DNA of 64,000 bases from Roseiarcus sp. (GCA_049509635.1 JBEKZS010000011.1:141-64140); one strand, 5' to 3'. Positions 25,642 through 48,892 are shown, counted from the first letter of the stretch. Notes: generated by a model not told the origin, from the letters alone. A program made the numbers and translations.

Positions 25642-26043
25642 TCACCCCTTCGGCGCAGCCGCGCCCGCCAGCCGCGCGCCCATCGCCTGCTGCACCGCCT
25701 GGATCGCCTTCAGCGGCCGCACCATCACCTTGAACCGGTCGATCCTGTCGGCGGCGTTCCAGCCGATGAAATCGGCGCCGTCGACTTCGACGCCGTCGAT
25801 CGTGGCGAAGAATTCCAGCACCGCCGAATTCGCGCCGATCCACTGCTCGCCATAGCGGAAGGATTCGCCGCCGAGCACCGCGAGCGCCGCGGTCAGGTAT
25901 TTCAGCGTGATCGCCTTGCCGCGCTGCGGCGTGTGGACGACCGGCGAGAAGAACACGACCTCGTCGGCGAGCAGATCGTCGAGCCCGGCGGGGTCGCGGG
26001 CGGCGGCGATCGCGTGCCAGCGCTGGATCGCAGGCGGAATCAT
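25642..26043 (-). CDS. Nuclear transport factor 2 / SnoaL-like family protein
   Basis: LDDLLADEVVFFSPVVHTPQRGK, SAVLEF, GADFIGWN, FKVMVRPLKA. Confidence 0.85.
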   Translation of the reverse strand: MIPPAIQRWHAIAAARDPAGLDDLLADEVVFFSPVVHTPQRGKAITLKYLTAALAVLGGESFRYGEQWIGANSAVLEFFATIDGVEVDGADFIGWNAADRIDRFKVMVRPLKAIQAVQQAMGARLAGAAAPKG

Positions 26044-26149
26044 GGCGGAACCCTCCGGGGTCGCCGGGCGCCCTTCGCCGGCCCGACCCGCCGGCGATGC
26101 TATGAGGCTCGAACCCGCCGCGCCATGCGGCGCGGGCGCGCGCGTCTGG

Positions 26150-26178
26150 TTGCGCCGCCGCGCCGAACCTGCTAGCAC
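26150..26178 (+). promoter_or_regulatory. Possible sigma70 promoter for rplK
   Basis: TTGCGC-N17-TAGCAC (GCTAGC-type -10), followed by a GC-rich discriminator. Confidence 0.35.
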
Positions 26179-26188
26179 CCGCGCCTTC

Positions 26189-26240
26189 GCGCGTGGGAGA
26201 GCGCCCGGTCGCCAGCCGGGGTCGACGCTCGCACCACGCC
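26189..26240 (+). promoter_or_regulatory. rplK leader, putative L1-binding autoregulatory RNA structure
   Basis: GCGTGG-GAGA-GC...GCTC-GCA-CCACGC: outer stem GCGTGG/CCACGC with a purine-rich internal loop, upstream of rplK. Confidence 0.55.
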
Positions 26241-26292
26241 CCTGCCACCGGCGCCGGCTCGACCGAGCCGGGCGCCTCATCGGAGCAGCCTC

Positions 26293-26742
26293 ATGGCCAA
26301 GAAGATAACCGGCTACGTCAAACTGCAGGTGCCCGCCGGGGCCGCCAATCCGTCGCCGCCGATCGGCCCCGCGCTCGGTCAGCGCGGGCTCAACATCATG
26401 GAATTCTGCAAGGCCTTCAATGCGCGCACCGCGCAGATCGAGAAGGGCACGCCGATCCCGGTGGTCATCACCGCCTACCAGGACCGGTCGTTCACCTTCG
26501 AGATGCGTCAGGCGCCGGTGACCTTCTTCCTGAAGAAGGCGGCGGGGCTGAAGATCGGCAAGAAGCCGGCTTCGGGCTCGAAGACGCCCGGCCGCGGCTT
26601 CGTCGGCAAGGTGACCCATGCGCAGGTGCGCGAGATCGCCGAGAAGAAAATGCCCGATCTCAATTGCGCGACCGTCGAGGCCGCCGTGGCGATGATCGAA
26701 GGCTCCGCCCGTTCGATGGGCCTCGAAGTGGTGGCGGGGTAG
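26293..26742 (+). CDS. rplK: 50S ribosomal protein L11
   Basis: [40 protein letters not shown]. Confidence 0.98.
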   Translation: MAKKITGYVKLQVPAGAANPSPPIGPALGQRGLNIMEFCKAFNARTAQIEKGTPIPVVITAYQDRSFTFEMRQAPVTFFLKKAAGLKIGKKPASGSKTPGRGFVGKVTHAQVREIAEKKMPDLNCATVEAAVAMIEGSARSMGLEVVAG

Positions 26743-26745
26743 GTC

Positions 26746-27459
26746 ATGGCGCACGCAGGCAAGAGAATCGTCAAGGCGCGCGAGAGCGTCGAACGCACCA
26801 AGCTCTACAAGCTCGACGAGGCGGTCAAGCTGGTGAAGGCGCGGGCGACCGCCAAATTCGACGAGACGGTCGAGCTCGCGCTCAACCTCGGCGTCGACCC
26901 CAAGCACGCCGACCAGATGGTCCGCGGCGTCGTCAACCTGCCCAACGGCACCGGGCGGGTGCTGCGGGTGGCCGTGTTCGCGCGCGGGGCCAAGGCGGAC
27001 GAGGCGAGGGCGGCCGGCGCCGACATCGTCGGCGCGGAGGACCTCGTCGCCACCGTCAACGGCGGCGAGATCGGCTTCGACCGCTGCATCGCGACCCCGG
27101 ACATGATGCCGCTGGTCGGCCGCCTCGGCAAGGTGCTGGGCCCGCGCGGGCTGATGCCCAATCCGAAGGTCGGCACGGTGACGATGGACGTCGCCGCGGC
27201 GGTCAAGGCCTCGAAGGGCGGGGCGGTCGAGTTCCGGGTGGAGAAGGCGGGCATCATCCAGGGTTCGGTCGGCAAGGCCTCGTTCGGCGAGGAGCAACTC
27301 GCCCAGAACATCCGCGCCTTCGTCGATGCGGTCGCCAAGGCCAAGCCGGCCGGCTCGAAGGGGACCTACCTCCAGCGCGCCGCCATCTCCTCGACGATGG
27401 GGCCGGGGGTCAAGCTCGACCTCGGCACGATCGCGACCGTCGGCGTCGTCGGCGCCTGA
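26746..27459 (+). CDS. rplA: 50S ribosomal protein L1
   Basis: [51 protein letters not shown]. Confidence 0.98.
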   Translation: MAHAGKRIVKARESVERTKLYKLDEAVKLVKARATAKFDETVELALNLGVDPKHADQMVRGVVNLPNGTGRVLRVAVFARGAKADEARAAGADIVGAEDLVATVNGGEIGFDRCIATPDMMPLVGRLGKVLGPRGLMPNPKVGTVTMDVAAAVKASKGGAVEFRVEKAGIIQGSVGKASFGEEQLAQNIRAFVDAVAKAKPAGSKGTYLQRAAISSTMGPGVKLDLGTIATVGVVGA

Positions 27460-27495
27460 ACCCCCGCGCCGGCGGCGATTCGGCCCCGCGCAGGA

Positions 27496-28971
27496 TCAGG
27501 GTGCGCGATAGAGCGCCCAGCCGACCGACGACAGGCCCCAGGTCTCGTAGCGGCGCACGAGCGCGAACGGGACCCGGCACGCGCCGGCGGCGAGGTCGAG
27601 CGTGGCCGGCAGTTCGGCGAGGCCGGCGGTCTCGGCGACGAACCATTGCGGGCGCCGTTCGCACCATTGCGCGCGCGGCACGAGTTCGAGCCCCGGGTGA
27701 TCGCGGTCGTAATAGGCGACGAACTTGCCGACCCGATCGTCGAAACTGCTGGCGAGCCGGAGCTGTCCGGAGGCGGCGATCGCGTCGAGCGCCAGCGGCC
27801 ATGCCGTCTGCTTGGAGTCCTCAAACCTCAGCACGAGGCCGGCGTCGCCGCACAGGATCGCCGCCAGCCCCGCCAGCGCGCCCCAGCGCCGCCATGAGCC
27901 GGCGCGCCAGAGGCTGCCGAAGCACTCGGCGAGCAGCAGGATCAGGAACAGCGCGCAGACGAGGTAATACCGCGGGATATGAGCGTTGGGCGGGCGCAGG
28001 ACGAAGACCGCGGCGGGCAGGCCGAGGAGGATGAGTCCATAGGCGATCCGGCGCCCGTCGAGGACGAGGCGCGCGACCAGCGCGATCCCGACCGCCGCGG
28101 CGCCGGCGGCGACGACCAGCCAGGCGGGCGCCGCCGGGGAGACGCCGATCGCGTCGCGCGCCATTTCGGCGATCGCGCCGAGCGCCTGGCCGGCGTCGAA
28201 GCCGCGCAGGCCGCCGATCGTCAGCGTCCCGACGACCGCGATCCCCGCCAACACGCAGGCGAGGGCGGGAATCGCGGCCAGGGCGGTCGGCGCGAACACC
28301 CGGATCGTCGCGGCGAGCGCGGGCTCGAAGCCGCCCCTGCGCCGCCGCTCCTCGAACAGGCAGAACAGGCCGAACAATCCGATCGCCGGCAGGATCGCCA
28401 GATGCCAGAGCAGGCCGATCCCCATCGCCGCCGCCAGCGTGAAGCGCGCGCGCGATCCCGGCTGCTCGATCGCCCGCTCGAGCGCGTCGAAGCCGACGAG
28501 AAGGGCGAGCGCGCTGCCGGCGTAGCCGCGCGCCTCGACGCTGTAATTGACGAAGAAATAGGACAGGGCGGTCATCGCGGCGGCGGCGAGCGCGGCCGGC
28601 GGGGAATGGCGGGCGCCCAGTCGCGCCATCATCGCGATCGCCAGCGCGCCCATCGCGATCGAGGGGGCGCGCAGGATCGGCGCGCCGGCGCCGGTCGGCG
28701 CGGCGAAATAGAGCCAGAGCGAATTCAGGAAATGGTTGTTGTCGTGCGATATGCCCCAGAACACCTGCCAGAAATGGCCGAGCGGCGCGAGGTTCTCGAT
28801 CGACCAGATTTCGTCGAGCCACAGCGGGCCGCCGGCGCAGCACAGGCGCACCGCCAGGCCGGCGGCGACGATCGCTGCGGCGGCGAGGGCGAGCCGATCG
28901 GGCCGCGCCAGGCGCCCGGCCGGCCGCGCGCCGGCCGGGGCGCGGATGGGTTGGCAATCGATGACGGACAT
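27496..28971 (-). CDS. GT-C fold membrane glycosyltransferase (ArnT/PMT, GT39-like)
   Basis: About ten hydrophobic segments; first-loop LWLDEIWS, HDNNHFLNS, YSVEARGY; soluble C-terminal tail. Confidence 0.7.
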   Translation of the reverse strand: MSVIDCQPIRAPAGARPAGRLARPDRLALAAAAIVAAGLAVRLCCAGGPLWLDEIWSIENLAPLGHFWQVFWGISHDNNHFLNSLWLYFAAPTGAGAPILRAPSIAMGALAIAMMARLGARHSPPAALAAAAMTALSYFFVNYSVEARGYAGSALALLVGFDALERAIEQPGSRARFTLAAAMGIGLLWHLAILPAIGLFGLFCLFEERRRRGGFEPALAATIRVFAPTALAAIPALACVLAGIAVVGTLTIGGLRGFDAGQALGAIAEMARDAIGVSPAAPAWLVVAAGAAAVGIALVARLVLDGRRIAYGLILLGLPAAVFVLRPPNAHIPRYYLVCALFLILLLAECFGSLWRAGSWRRWGALAGLAAILCGDAGLVLRFEDSKQTAWPLALDAIAASGQLRLASSFDDRVGKFVAYYDRDHPGLELVPRAQWCERRPQWFVAETAGLAELPATLDLAAGACRVPFALVRRYETWGLSSVGWALYRAP

Positions 28972-29277
28972 TTCGACTCGCGCGGGCACGGGCGCTCAGA
29001 AAGAGCATACAGACCTATCCGCCCGGTAAATTCGCCGGCCGGGCGGTTGCGCGACGGCGATGGCGCCGGGCGAAAATAACCTGCGCGACCCCCTTGGCAG
29101 GACGATCCCGGCGGGATAAAGAGCGCGTTCGGGGTCGGCGGCGCGATGCGACCCTGATGATCATTTTTGGCTTCCGCCTCATGGGCGTCCTGGTCCGCGA
29201 AATCGGCCAGGGCGGTTTGGGAGCGGTGGATGGGCCGGGAGACTCGGGGCTGCGCCCCGGGTCTCGTCCGGCCATGT

Positions 29278-29372
29278 CCTGTCCGAGACTGCCGGCGCGC
29301 GCGTCCCCCAGGGGCGCCGCTCAATTCCCTCCCGCCGCCCGGCGGGGCGAAAGGGGGCCTGCACAGACGGGG
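29278..29372 (+). promoter_or_regulatory. L10 leader (rplJL autoregulatory RNA)
   Basis: CCGAGACTGCCGG...CCTGCACAGACGG resembles the AGAC-GYAGG/CCUAC-AGA(C/U)G ends of L10 leaders; upstream of rplJ. Confidence 0.6.
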
Positions 29373-29522
29373 AAGACCGGGTTTTTGCCGAGCGGCCGAC
29401 CAGGCCGCCCGGGGGTATCGGTTCGAACCATCTGTCCGGCGGCGGGCCATCGCCCGGCTCCGGGGACAGGCGCAAGTCGCCGCGGCGCGGCCCGCTAGGG
29501 GCGCGACGGGGCATGTGCAGTG

Positions 29523-29540
29523 GGCGGGAAGCTTCCCGCC
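29523..29540. repeat. Perfect 18-bp palindrome just upstream of the rplJ RBS
   Basis: GGCGGGAAGCTTCCCGCC. Confidence 0.8.
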
Positions 29541-29556
29541 AACCGGAGACAGCACC

Positions 29557-30072
29557 GTGGATAGAGCGGAGAAAAAAGTAGCCGTGGCGTCGCTTCACGA
29601 GGTCTTTTCGAAGGCCTCGGTGGTCGTCGTGGCGCACTACTCCGGCCTGACCGTCGCCCAGATGCAGAATTTGCGCAAGCAGATGAAGCAGGCGGGCGCG
29701 CGCGTCGAGGTCGCCAAGAACCGCCTCGCCAAGATTGCTCTCGAAGGCACGGATGTCGCCTCCGTCGGCTCCCTTCTCAAGGGACCGGCCCTGATCGCCT
29801 ATTCGGACGATCCGGTGGCGGCGCCGAAGGTCGCCGTGGCCTTCGCCAAGGATTACGAGAAATTCGTCCTCCTCGGCGGCGCCATGGGCAGGACCGCCCT
29901 GAACGTCGACGGGATCAGGTCGCTCGCGACCCTCCCCTCGCTCGACGAGTTGCGCGCCAAATTGCTGGGCCTCCTGCAGGCGCCGGCGACCAAGCTCGCC
30001 CAACTCTCCACCGCGCCGGCGGCCAAGCTCGCGCGCGTGTTCGGGGCCTATGCCTCAAGAGACGCAGCCTGA
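29557..30072 (+). CDS. rplJ: 50S ribosomal protein L10
   Basis: GTG start after GGAG; [46 protein letters not shown]. Confidence 0.97.
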   Translation: MDRAEKKVAVASLHEVFSKASVVVVAHYSGLTVAQMQNLRKQMKQAGARVEVAKNRLAKIALEGTDVASVGSLLKGPALIAYSDDPVAAPKVAVAFAKDYEKFVLLGGAMGRTALNVDGIRSLATLPSLDELRAKLLGLLQAPATKLAQLSTAPAAKLARVFGAYASRDAA

Positions 30073-30123
30073 TCGCAGGCTCTTCACAAACGCTATGGTT
30101 CGAACCATATAGGGATCACTGGA

Positions 30124-30498
30124 ATGGCCAATCTGGAAAAAATCGTCGACGAATTGTCGAGCCTGACCGTCCTCGAGGCGGCCGAACTCGCCAAGCTCCT
30201 GGAAACCAAATGGGGCGTTTCGGCCGCCGCCGCGGTCGCCGTAGCCGCCGGCCCGGCCGCCGCCGCCGCCGCCCCGGTCGAGGAACAGACCGAGTTCACG
30301 GTCGTTCTGCTCGCCGCCGGCGACAAGAAGATCGAGGTCATCAAGGAAGTGCGTGCGATCACCGCGCTCGGCCTCAAGGAAGCCAAGGACCTCGTGGAAG
30401 GCGCCCCGAAGAACGTCAAGGAAGGCGTCGGCAAGGAGGAGGCCGCCAAGATCAAGGCCGCCCTCGAGAAGGCGGGCGCGAAGGTCGAGCTCAAGTGA
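30124..30498 (+). CDS. rplL: 50S ribosomal protein L7/L12
   Basis: [47 protein letters not shown]. Confidence 0.98.
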   Translation: MANLEKIVDELSSLTVLEAAELAKLLETKWGVSAAAAVAVAAGPAAAAAAPVEEQTEFTVVLLAAGDKKIEVIKEVRAITALGLKEAKDLVEGAPKNVKEGVGKEEAAKIKAALEKAGAKVELK

Positions 30499-30730
30499 GG
30501 CGCGGTGGGCCCTGCGGGTCCACGTGGGAATTTGAACGGTCCCGGGCCCTCGGCCCGGGGCCTTTCGAGCGTTCCGGATCGCCTTCGCGGCGCCCGGGAG
30601 GCGAGATCGCGGCGGTGACGCGATAGATTCGGGGCCGAACGCCCCGACCCGTTCGCCCCATCCCGAAGGGGCGCGGCGTCCGCAGGCTCGAAGTCAGACG
30701 GCCGAGCGGTTGGCAAAATCGAGGAGCGAC

Positions 30731-34852
<4,122 letters not shown>

Positions 34853-34967
34853 CGCGCCGCGTGCGTCAGCAACAAAGCGATGGGCGCAGCGATCGCAGGC
34901 TGCGCCCCTGTCCATCAACGCGAGCCATGGCGCGACATCCGCACATGGCGACGCAGGAGATGAAACG

Positions 34968-39182
<4,215 letters not shown>

Positions 39183-39216
39183 CGATCGCGTCGCGGTCGC
39201 CGGCGCCGGGTCGACG

Positions 39217-39245
39217 GAGAGCCGCCTTCGGGCGGCTCTCTTGCG
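39217..39245 (+). terminator. Hairpin after rpoC, likely an intrinsic terminator
   Basis: GAGAGCCGCC-TTCG-GGCGGCTCTC: perfect 10-bp stem with a UUCG loop; U-tail is short. Confidence 0.7.
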
Positions 39246-39405
39246 TCGGGCGGGACGTTCGGCGGCGCGCGGCGGATTTGCCGCGCCGGGGGCCCCGGCC
39301 TCGCCGCGATCCGGTCTTTATTTGGCCGGGAAGCCGCGTTCTCCTGCATCCCGTAACCAATCGTCGCGAGCGTAGGCGCTCGCGGCGGCTTTGCGGGGAT
39401 GGCGC

Positions 39406-39894
39406 ATGAAGGCGCAGTTCGAACCGATCGGCGATCCGGCTTCCGCCGCCGGCGCGCGCGCCCCCCGGTCCGAGCCGCTCGCCCCGTTGCTGGCGGGCGC
39501 GCGCGCCCGCGGCATGGCCGACGCCTTCGAAATGCTCGGCGTCGCCGCCGCTTTCCTCGACGAGGGCGGTTTGGCTCTGCACATCAACGATCGCGCCCGC
39601 CGCCTGCTGGGCCCGCAATTGTGGGTCGACGACGGGCGGCTTCGGGCGGCCGACGCCGATCTCGACGAGGCGCTCGCCGCGGCGATCGAATCGGCGCTGA
39701 ACGCGGGCCGGCGCGGCGAAGCGGCGACGAGCTTCTCGTTCGCTTCGGAGTCCCGGGGGCCCCTGGGGCTGAAGGTGCTGCCGGTGGTCGCGGAGGCGCA
39801 TGACCCGTTTCAGCTCCTGCGCGTCGTCGTCGTGCTCGAACGCCAGCAGGCGGCCAAGGCCGCCAATGCGGCGCGCCGCGACGGCCTGAACTGA
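39406..39894 (+). CDS. Hypothetical PAS-like protein resembling the sensor part of LuxR-type regulators, without an HTH
   Basis: AFEMLGVAAAFLDEGGLALHINDRARRLL...GRLRAAD pattern; GGGG upstream; no C-terminal HTH. Confidence 0.6.
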   Translation: MKAQFEPIGDPASAAGARAPRSEPLAPLLAGARARGMADAFEMLGVAAAFLDEGGLALHINDRARRLLGPQLWVDDGRLRAADADLDEALAAAIESALNAGRRGEAATSFSFASESRGPLGLKVLPVVAEAHDPFQLLRVVVVLERQQAAKAANAARRDGLN

Positions 39895-39966
39895 CCGACG
39901 CAGAAACGCCGCCGGCGCCCGCGCGAATTTTCGCCGCGTCGTCGCGATTTTGTGGTCGCGGAGGGG

Positions 39967-39995
39967 TTGACGCGTTTGGGCGCCGCGAATATGGT
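39967..39995 (+). promoter_or_regulatory. sigma70 promoter of the str operon
   Basis: TTGACG-N17-TATGGT followed by a GC-rich CCGCGC discriminator. Confidence 0.7.
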
Positions 39996-40300
39996 CCGCG
40001 CACTTTCGACAGGCAGTAGAGACTTCATTGTTTTGGGCGACGCGTCCAAAACCCACAGTCTCTAAACGCTGGCGACATCATCGACGAGAAGGACATACCG
40101 ATCGGGCGCGAGCCGGATTGGGTTTGGGGGCAAGATCGACGCTTTTGCGCCGATCCTCTGCGATGGTCGCGCCTTAAGCCTACCGGCTTAGCGGCGCGGT
40201 TTGTTTTGCGCGTAGCTTTGCGGCGCGGCGCGAGTCAATTCGATATTTTGTGACGGCGACGCCGCGAGGCGGAGCGTCGATATGCGACGAAGGGCGAGAG

Positions 40301-40672
40301 ATGCCGACGATCAGCCAGTTGATCCGCAAACCGCGGCAACCCAAGACCTACCGTGAGAAGGCGCGCCATCTCGAGGCGAGCCCGCAGAAGCGCGGCGTCT
40401 GCACCCGCGTCTACACGACGACCCCGAAGAAGCCGAACTCGGCCCTGCGCAAGGTCGCCAAGGTTCGCCTCACCAACGGTTTCGAGGTCATCGGCTATAT
40501 CCCGGGCGAGGGGCACAATCTTCAGGAGCATTCCGTGGTGATGATCCGCGGCGGGCGGGTGAAGGACCTGCCCGGCGTGCGTTATCACATCTTGCGCGGG
40601 GTGCTCGACACCCAGGGCGTCAAGGATCGCAAGCAACGCCGCTCGAAATACGGCGCCAAGCGACCGAAATAG
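40301..40672 (+). CDS. rpsL: 30S ribosomal protein S12
   Basis: [30 protein letters not shown]. Confidence 0.99.
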   Translation: MPTISQLIRKPRQPKTYREKARHLEASPQKRGVCTRVYTTTPKKPNSALRKVAKVRLTNGFEVIGYIPGEGHNLQEHSVVMIRGGRVKDLPGVRYHILRGVLDTQGVKDRKQRRSKYGAKRPK

Positions 40673-41170
<498 letters not shown>

Positions 41171-41203
41171 GCGGTCCGTCGAGCAGGTTTTAAGGATATC
41201 ATT

Positions 41204-43279
<2,076 letters not shown>

Positions 43280-43339
43280 GGCGCGTTGCGCCGCATGATC
43301 GAACCACAGTCAATCAGGTAGCCAAGAAGGAGTCCGGCC

Positions 43340-44530
<1,191 letters not shown>

Positions 44531-44548
44531 GGAAGCGGCGGTAAGGGA

Positions 44549-44570
44549 CGGACGGGGCTTTCCCCGTCCG
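44549..44570 (+). other. GC hairpin between tuf and rpsJ
   Basis: CGGACGGGG-CTTT-CCCCGTCCG, 9-bp stem with no U-tail (pause, processing or stabiliser element). Confidence 0.6.
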
Positions 44571-44590
44571 CTCCGGTGAGGGATTTCAAG

Positions 44591-44899
<309 letters not shown>

Positions 44900-44956
44900 G
44901 GGAACTCATCGGGCGCCTCTTCGCATTCGCGGATGCGCCCCGAAGGAATATGCGCC

Positions 44957-45679
44957 ATGCGCTCAGGCATCATTGCACAGAAGCTGGGAATGACCCGCAT
45001 CTTCACCGATGCGGGCGACCACGTGCCGGTCACCGTCCTCAAGGTCGAGGGCTGCCAGGTCGTCGCCCATCGCACCCAGGACAAGAACGGCTATACCGCG
45101 CTGCAGCTCGGCATCGGCCGCGCCAAGGTCAAGAACGTGCCGAAGGCCGAACGGGCGCGCTTCGCGCTCGCCAATGTCGAGCCGAAGCTGAAGCTCGCCG
45201 AGTTCCGGGTCAGCGAGGACCGGTTGATCCCGGTCGGCGCCGAGATCACCGCCGATCACTTTCTGGTCGGCCAGTTCGTCGACGTGACCGGCGTGACGCT
45301 CGGCAAGGGCTTCGCCGGCCCGATGAAGCGGTGGAACTTCGGCGGCCTGCGCGCGACCCATGGCGTGTCGGTCTCGCATCGCTCGCACGGCTCGACCGGC
45401 GGCCGCCAGGATCCCGGCAAGACCTGGAAGAACAAGAAAATGGCCGGCCACATGGGCGCCGACCAGGTCACCACCCAGAACCTGCGCGTCGTCCAGACCG
45501 ATGTCGAGCGCGGCCTCATCCTCGTCGAGGGGGCGGTGCCCGGTCACGCCGGCGGATGGATCGCGGTGCGCGACGCCGTCAAGAAGCCGCTGCCCAAGGA
45601 GGCGCCGCTGCCCGGCAAATTCCGCGTTCACGCCGCGCCGAGCGCCGAAAGCGCCCCGGCCGAGCCGAAGGGAGCCTGA
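44957..45679 (+). CDS. rplC: 50S ribosomal protein L3
   Basis: [29 protein letters not shown]. Confidence 0.99.
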   Translation: MRSGIIAQKLGMTRIFTDAGDHVPVTVLKVEGCQVVAHRTQDKNGYTALQLGIGRAKVKNVPKAERARFALANVEPKLKLAEFRVSEDRLIPVGAEITADHFLVGQFVDVTGVTLGKGFAGPMKRWNFGGLRATHGVSVSHRSHGSTGGRQDPGKTWKNKKMAGHMGADQVTTQNLRVVQTDVERGLILVEGAVPGHAGGWIAVRDAVKKPLPKEAPLPGKFRVHAAPSAESAPAEPKGA

Positions 45680-45683
45680 CATC

Positions 45684-46304
45684 ATGAAGATCGACGTGAC
45701 GTCGATCAGCGGCGATCCCGCTGGCTCGCTCGAACTCGACGATGCGATTTTCGGCCTCGATCCGCGCGAGGATCTGATCGCCCGCATGCTGCGCTGGCAG
45801 CTCGCCAAGCGCCAGGCCGGCACGCACAAGACGCTCGGCCGCGCCGAGATTCACCGCACCGGCAAGAAAATGTACAAGCAGAAGGGCACCGGCGGCGCGC
45901 GGCACGGCTCGGCGCGCGTCCCGCAATTCCGCGGCGGCGGCCGCGCGATGGGCCCGGTGCTGCGCTCGCACGCCCACGACCTGCCCAAGAAGGTGCGCGC
46001 GCTCGCGCTCAAGCACGCCCTGTCGGCCAAGGCGCGCGACGGCGGAATCATCGTCTGGGACAAGGCCGATCTCGCCGAGGCCAAGACCGCCAAGCTGCGG
46101 GCCGAGTTCGACCGGGCTTCGCTGAAGAGCGCGCTGATCATCGACGGGGCGCAGGTCCAGGCCAATTTCGCCAATGCGGCCCGCAACATTCCGCATGTCG
46201 ACGTGCTGCCCGTCCAGGGCATAAACGTCTATGACATCATCCGCCGCGAGAAGCTGGTGCTGACCAGGGCGGCCATCGATGCGCTGGAGGCGCGGTTCAA
46301 ATGA
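45684..46304 (+). CDS. rplD: 50S ribosomal protein L4
   Basis: [25 protein letters not shown]. Confidence 0.98.
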   Translation: MKIDVTSISGDPAGSLELDDAIFGLDPREDLIARMLRWQLAKRQAGTHKTLGRAEIHRTGKKMYKQKGTGGARHGSARVPQFRGGGRAMGPVLRSHAHDLPKKVRALALKHALSAKARDGGIIVWDKADLAEAKTAKLRAEFDRASLKSALIIDGAQVQANFANAARNIPHVDVLPVQGINVYDIIRREKLVLTRAAIDALEARFK

Positions 46305-46597
46305 CCAGGGATCCGCGCCATTATGACGTGATCGTCGCGCCGATCATCACGGAGAAGGCGACGATCGCCGCCGAGAACAACCAGGTCGTGTTCAAGGTGC
46401 GCCGCAACGCGACCAAGCCGCAGATCAAGGCGGCGGTCGAGAGCCTGTTCGAAGTCAAGGTGACGGCGGTCAATACGCTGCTGCGCAAGGGCAAGAACAA
46501 GGTGTTCCGCGGCGTGCGCGGCGCCCAGCAGGATGTGAAGAAGGCGATCGTGACGCTCGCCGACGGCGATCGCATCGACGTGACCACCGGCCTCTGA
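46301..46597 (+). CDS. rplW: 50S ribosomal protein L23
   Basis: [27 protein letters not shown]. Confidence 0.98.
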   Translation: MTRDPRHYDVIVAPIITEKATIAAENNQVVFKVRRNATKPQIKAAVESLFEVKVTAVNTLLRKGKNKVFRGVRGAQQDVKKAIVTLADGDRIDVTTGL

Positions 46598-46608
46598 GGT
46601 TCAGGACA

Positions 46609-47451
46609 ATGGCTCTCAAGACATTCAAGCCGACGACGCCGGGCCTTCGCCAATTGGTGATCGTCGACCGCAGCGCGCTCTACAAGGGCAAGCCGGTCAA
46701 GACGCTCACCGAAGGCAAGTCGGAGAAGGGCGGGCGCAACAACACCGGCCGGATCACCGTGCGCTTTCGCGGCGGCGGTCACAAGCAGACCTATCGGATC
46801 GTCGATTTCAAGCGGCGCAAGCTCGACGCGCCGGCGACGGTCGAGCGGCTGGAATACGACCCCAACCGGACGTCCTTCATCGCGCTGATCAAATATGCGG
46901 ACGGCGAGCAGGCCTATATCATCGCCCCGCAGCGGCTGGCGGTCGGCGATCAGGTCGTATCCGGCGTCCAGGTCGACGTGAAGCCGGGCAATGCGATGCC
47001 GCTGGCCAACATCCCGGTCGGCACGATCGTCCACAACGTCGAGATGAAGATCGGCAAGGGCGGGGCGATCGCGCGTTCGGCGGGCGCCTATGTCCAGATC
47101 GTCGGCCGTGACCAGGGCTATGTCTCGCTGCGCCTGGGCTCGGGCGAGCAACGGCTCGTGCACGGCCAGTGTTTCGCCACCGTCGGCGCCGTGTCGAACC
47201 CCGACCATATGAATTCCTCGATGGGCAAGGCCGGGCGCAACCGCTGGATGGGCCAGCGCCCGCACAATCGCGGCGTGACGATGAACCCGGTCGACCATCC
47301 CCACGGCGGCGGCGAAGGCCGCACTTCGGGCGGCCGGCATCCGGTCAGCCCCTGGGGCAAGCCGACCAAGGGCAAGAAGACGCGCAGCAACAAGTCGACC
47401 GACAAGTTCATCGTCGCCTCGCGGCATGTCCGCAACAAGAAGAAGGGCTGA
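46609..47451 (+). CDS. rplB: 50S ribosomal protein L2
   Basis: [29 protein letters not shown]. Confidence 0.99.
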   Translation: MALKTFKPTTPGLRQLVIVDRSALYKGKPVKTLTEGKSEKGGRNNTGRITVRFRGGGHKQTYRIVDFKRRKLDAPATVERLEYDPNRTSFIALIKYADGEQAYIIAPQRLAVGDQVVSGVQVDVKPGNAMPLANIPVGTIVHNVEMKIGKGGAIARSAGAYVQIVGRDQGYVSLRLGSGEQRLVHGQCFATVGAVSNPDHMNSSMGKAGRNRWMGQRPHNRGVTMNPVDHPHGGGEGRTSGGRHPVSPWGKPTKGKKTRSNKSTDKFIVASRHVRNKKKG

Positions 47452-47454
47452 GCC

Positions 47455-47733
47455 ATGGCGCGTTCAATCTGGAAGGGTCCGTTCCTCGACGGCTATCTCC
47501 TGAAGAAGGCGGATGTGGCGCGCAGTTCGGGCCGCTCCGACGTCATCAAGATCTGGAGCCGCCGGTCGACGATCCTGCCGCAGTTCGTCGGCCTGACCTT
47601 CGGCGTCCACAACGGCCACAAGCATGTGCCGGTCGCGGTCACCGAGGACATGATCGGCCACAAGTTCGGCGAATTCTCGCCGACCCGCACCTTCCACGGT
47701 CATACCGCGGACAAGAAGGCGAAGAGGGCCTGA
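47455..47733 (+). CDS. rpsS: 30S ribosomal protein S19
   Basis: [28 protein letters not shown]. Confidence 0.99.
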   Translation: MARSIWKGPFLDGYLLKKADVARSSGRSDVIKIWSRRSTILPQFVGLTFGVHNGHKHVPVAVTEDMIGHKFGEFSPTRTFHGHTADKKAKRA

Positions 47734-47738
47734 TCGTC

Positions 47739-48134
47739 ATGTCCAAGCAAGCCATCCCCCGCGCGCTGAGCGACACCGAGGCCAAGGCGGTCGTGCGCAT
47801 GCTGCGCGTGAGCCCGCAGAAGCTGAACCTGCTCGCCCAGCTGATCCGCGGCAAGAAGGTCGCGACCGCGCTCGCCGATCTCGAATTCTCGCGCAAGCGC
47901 ATCTCGACCGAAGTGCGCAAGGCGCTGGAGTCGGCGATCGCCAACGCCGAAAACAATCATGACCTCGACGTCGACGATCTCGTCGTCGGCGAGGCTTTCG
48001 TCGGCAAGGCGATGGTCATGAAGCGCTTCAGCCCCCGCGCGCGCGGCCGGGCGGGCCGCATCGAGAAGCCGTTTTCGAACCTGACGATCATCGTGCGCGA
48101 AGTCGCGGCCAAGCCCGCCGGCGCAGCGGCCTGA
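47739..48134 (+). CDS. rplV: 50S ribosomal protein L22
   Basis: [25 protein letters not shown]. Confidence 0.98.
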   Translation: MSKQAIPRALSDTEAKAVVRMLRVSPQKLNLLAQLIRGKKVATALADLEFSRKRISTEVRKALESAIANAENNHDLDVDDLVVGEAFVGKAMVMKRFSPRARGRAGRIEKPFSNLTIIVREVAAKPAGAAA

Positions 48135-48144
48135 GGAGACGACC

Positions 48145-48873
48145 ATGGGTCAGAAGATCAATCCGATCGGCCTGCGCCTGGGCATCAACCGGACCTGGGA
48201 TTCCCGCTGGTTCTCGGGCAAGAACGAATATGGCAAGCTGCTGCACGAGGACATGAAGATCCGCGACGTGCTGATGAAGAACCTCAAGCAGGCCGCGATC
48301 TCGAAAATCATCATCGAGCGCCCGCACAAGAAGTGCCGCGTCAACATCCATTCGGCGCGCCCGGGCGTCGTGATCGGCAAGAAGGGCGCCGACATCGACA
48401 AGCTGCGCAAGCTCGTCGCCAAGCTCACCACTTCCGAGGTCGCGATCAACATCGTCGAGGTGCGCAAGCCCGAGGTCGACGCGACCCTGGTCGCCGACTC
48501 GATCGCCCAGCAGCTCGAACGCCGCGTGGCGTTCCGGCGCGCGATGAAGCGGGCCGTCCAGTCGGCGATGCGGCTCGGCGCCGAGGGCATCCGCATCAAC
48601 TGCTCCGGCCGCCTCGGCGGCGCCGAGATCGCGCGGCTCGAATGGTACCGCGAGGGGCGGGTTCCGCTGCACACCTTGCGCGCCGACGTCGACTATGGCG
48701 TGGCGACCGCGCATACCGCCTATGGCACCTGCGGAATCAAGGTCTGGATCTTCAAGGGCGAAATCCTCGAGCACGATCCGATGGCCCAGGACAAGAAGCT
48801 CGCCGAAGCCGATCATTCGGGCGGCGGCCGGCCGCGGCGCGAGCGCGAGTCGCGCGATCGCGACGCCGCCTGA
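48145..48873 (+). CDS. rpsC: 30S ribosomal protein S3
   Basis: [34 protein letters not shown]. Confidence 0.99.
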   Translation: MGQKINPIGLRLGINRTWDSRWFSGKNEYGKLLHEDMKIRDVLMKNLKQAAISKIIIERPHKKCRVNIHSARPGVVIGKKGADIDKLRKLVAKLTTSEVAINIVEVRKPEVDATLVADSIAQQLERRVAFRRAMKRAVQSAMRLGAEGIRINCSGRLGGAEIARLEWYREGRVPLHTLRADVDYGVATAHTAYGTCGIKVWIFKGEILEHDPMAQDKKLAEADHSGGGRPRRERESRDRDAA

Positions 48874-48892
48874 CATTTGAGAGTTTGCGATC

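Noticed and set aside
29415-29435. GGTTCGAA as a tRNA T-loop
   Set aside because: No cloverleaf, D-arm or acceptor stem around it (same for the copy at 30097)
40420-40570. Streptomycin-resistance substitutions in S12
   Set aside because: PKKPNS and RVKDLP are wild-type
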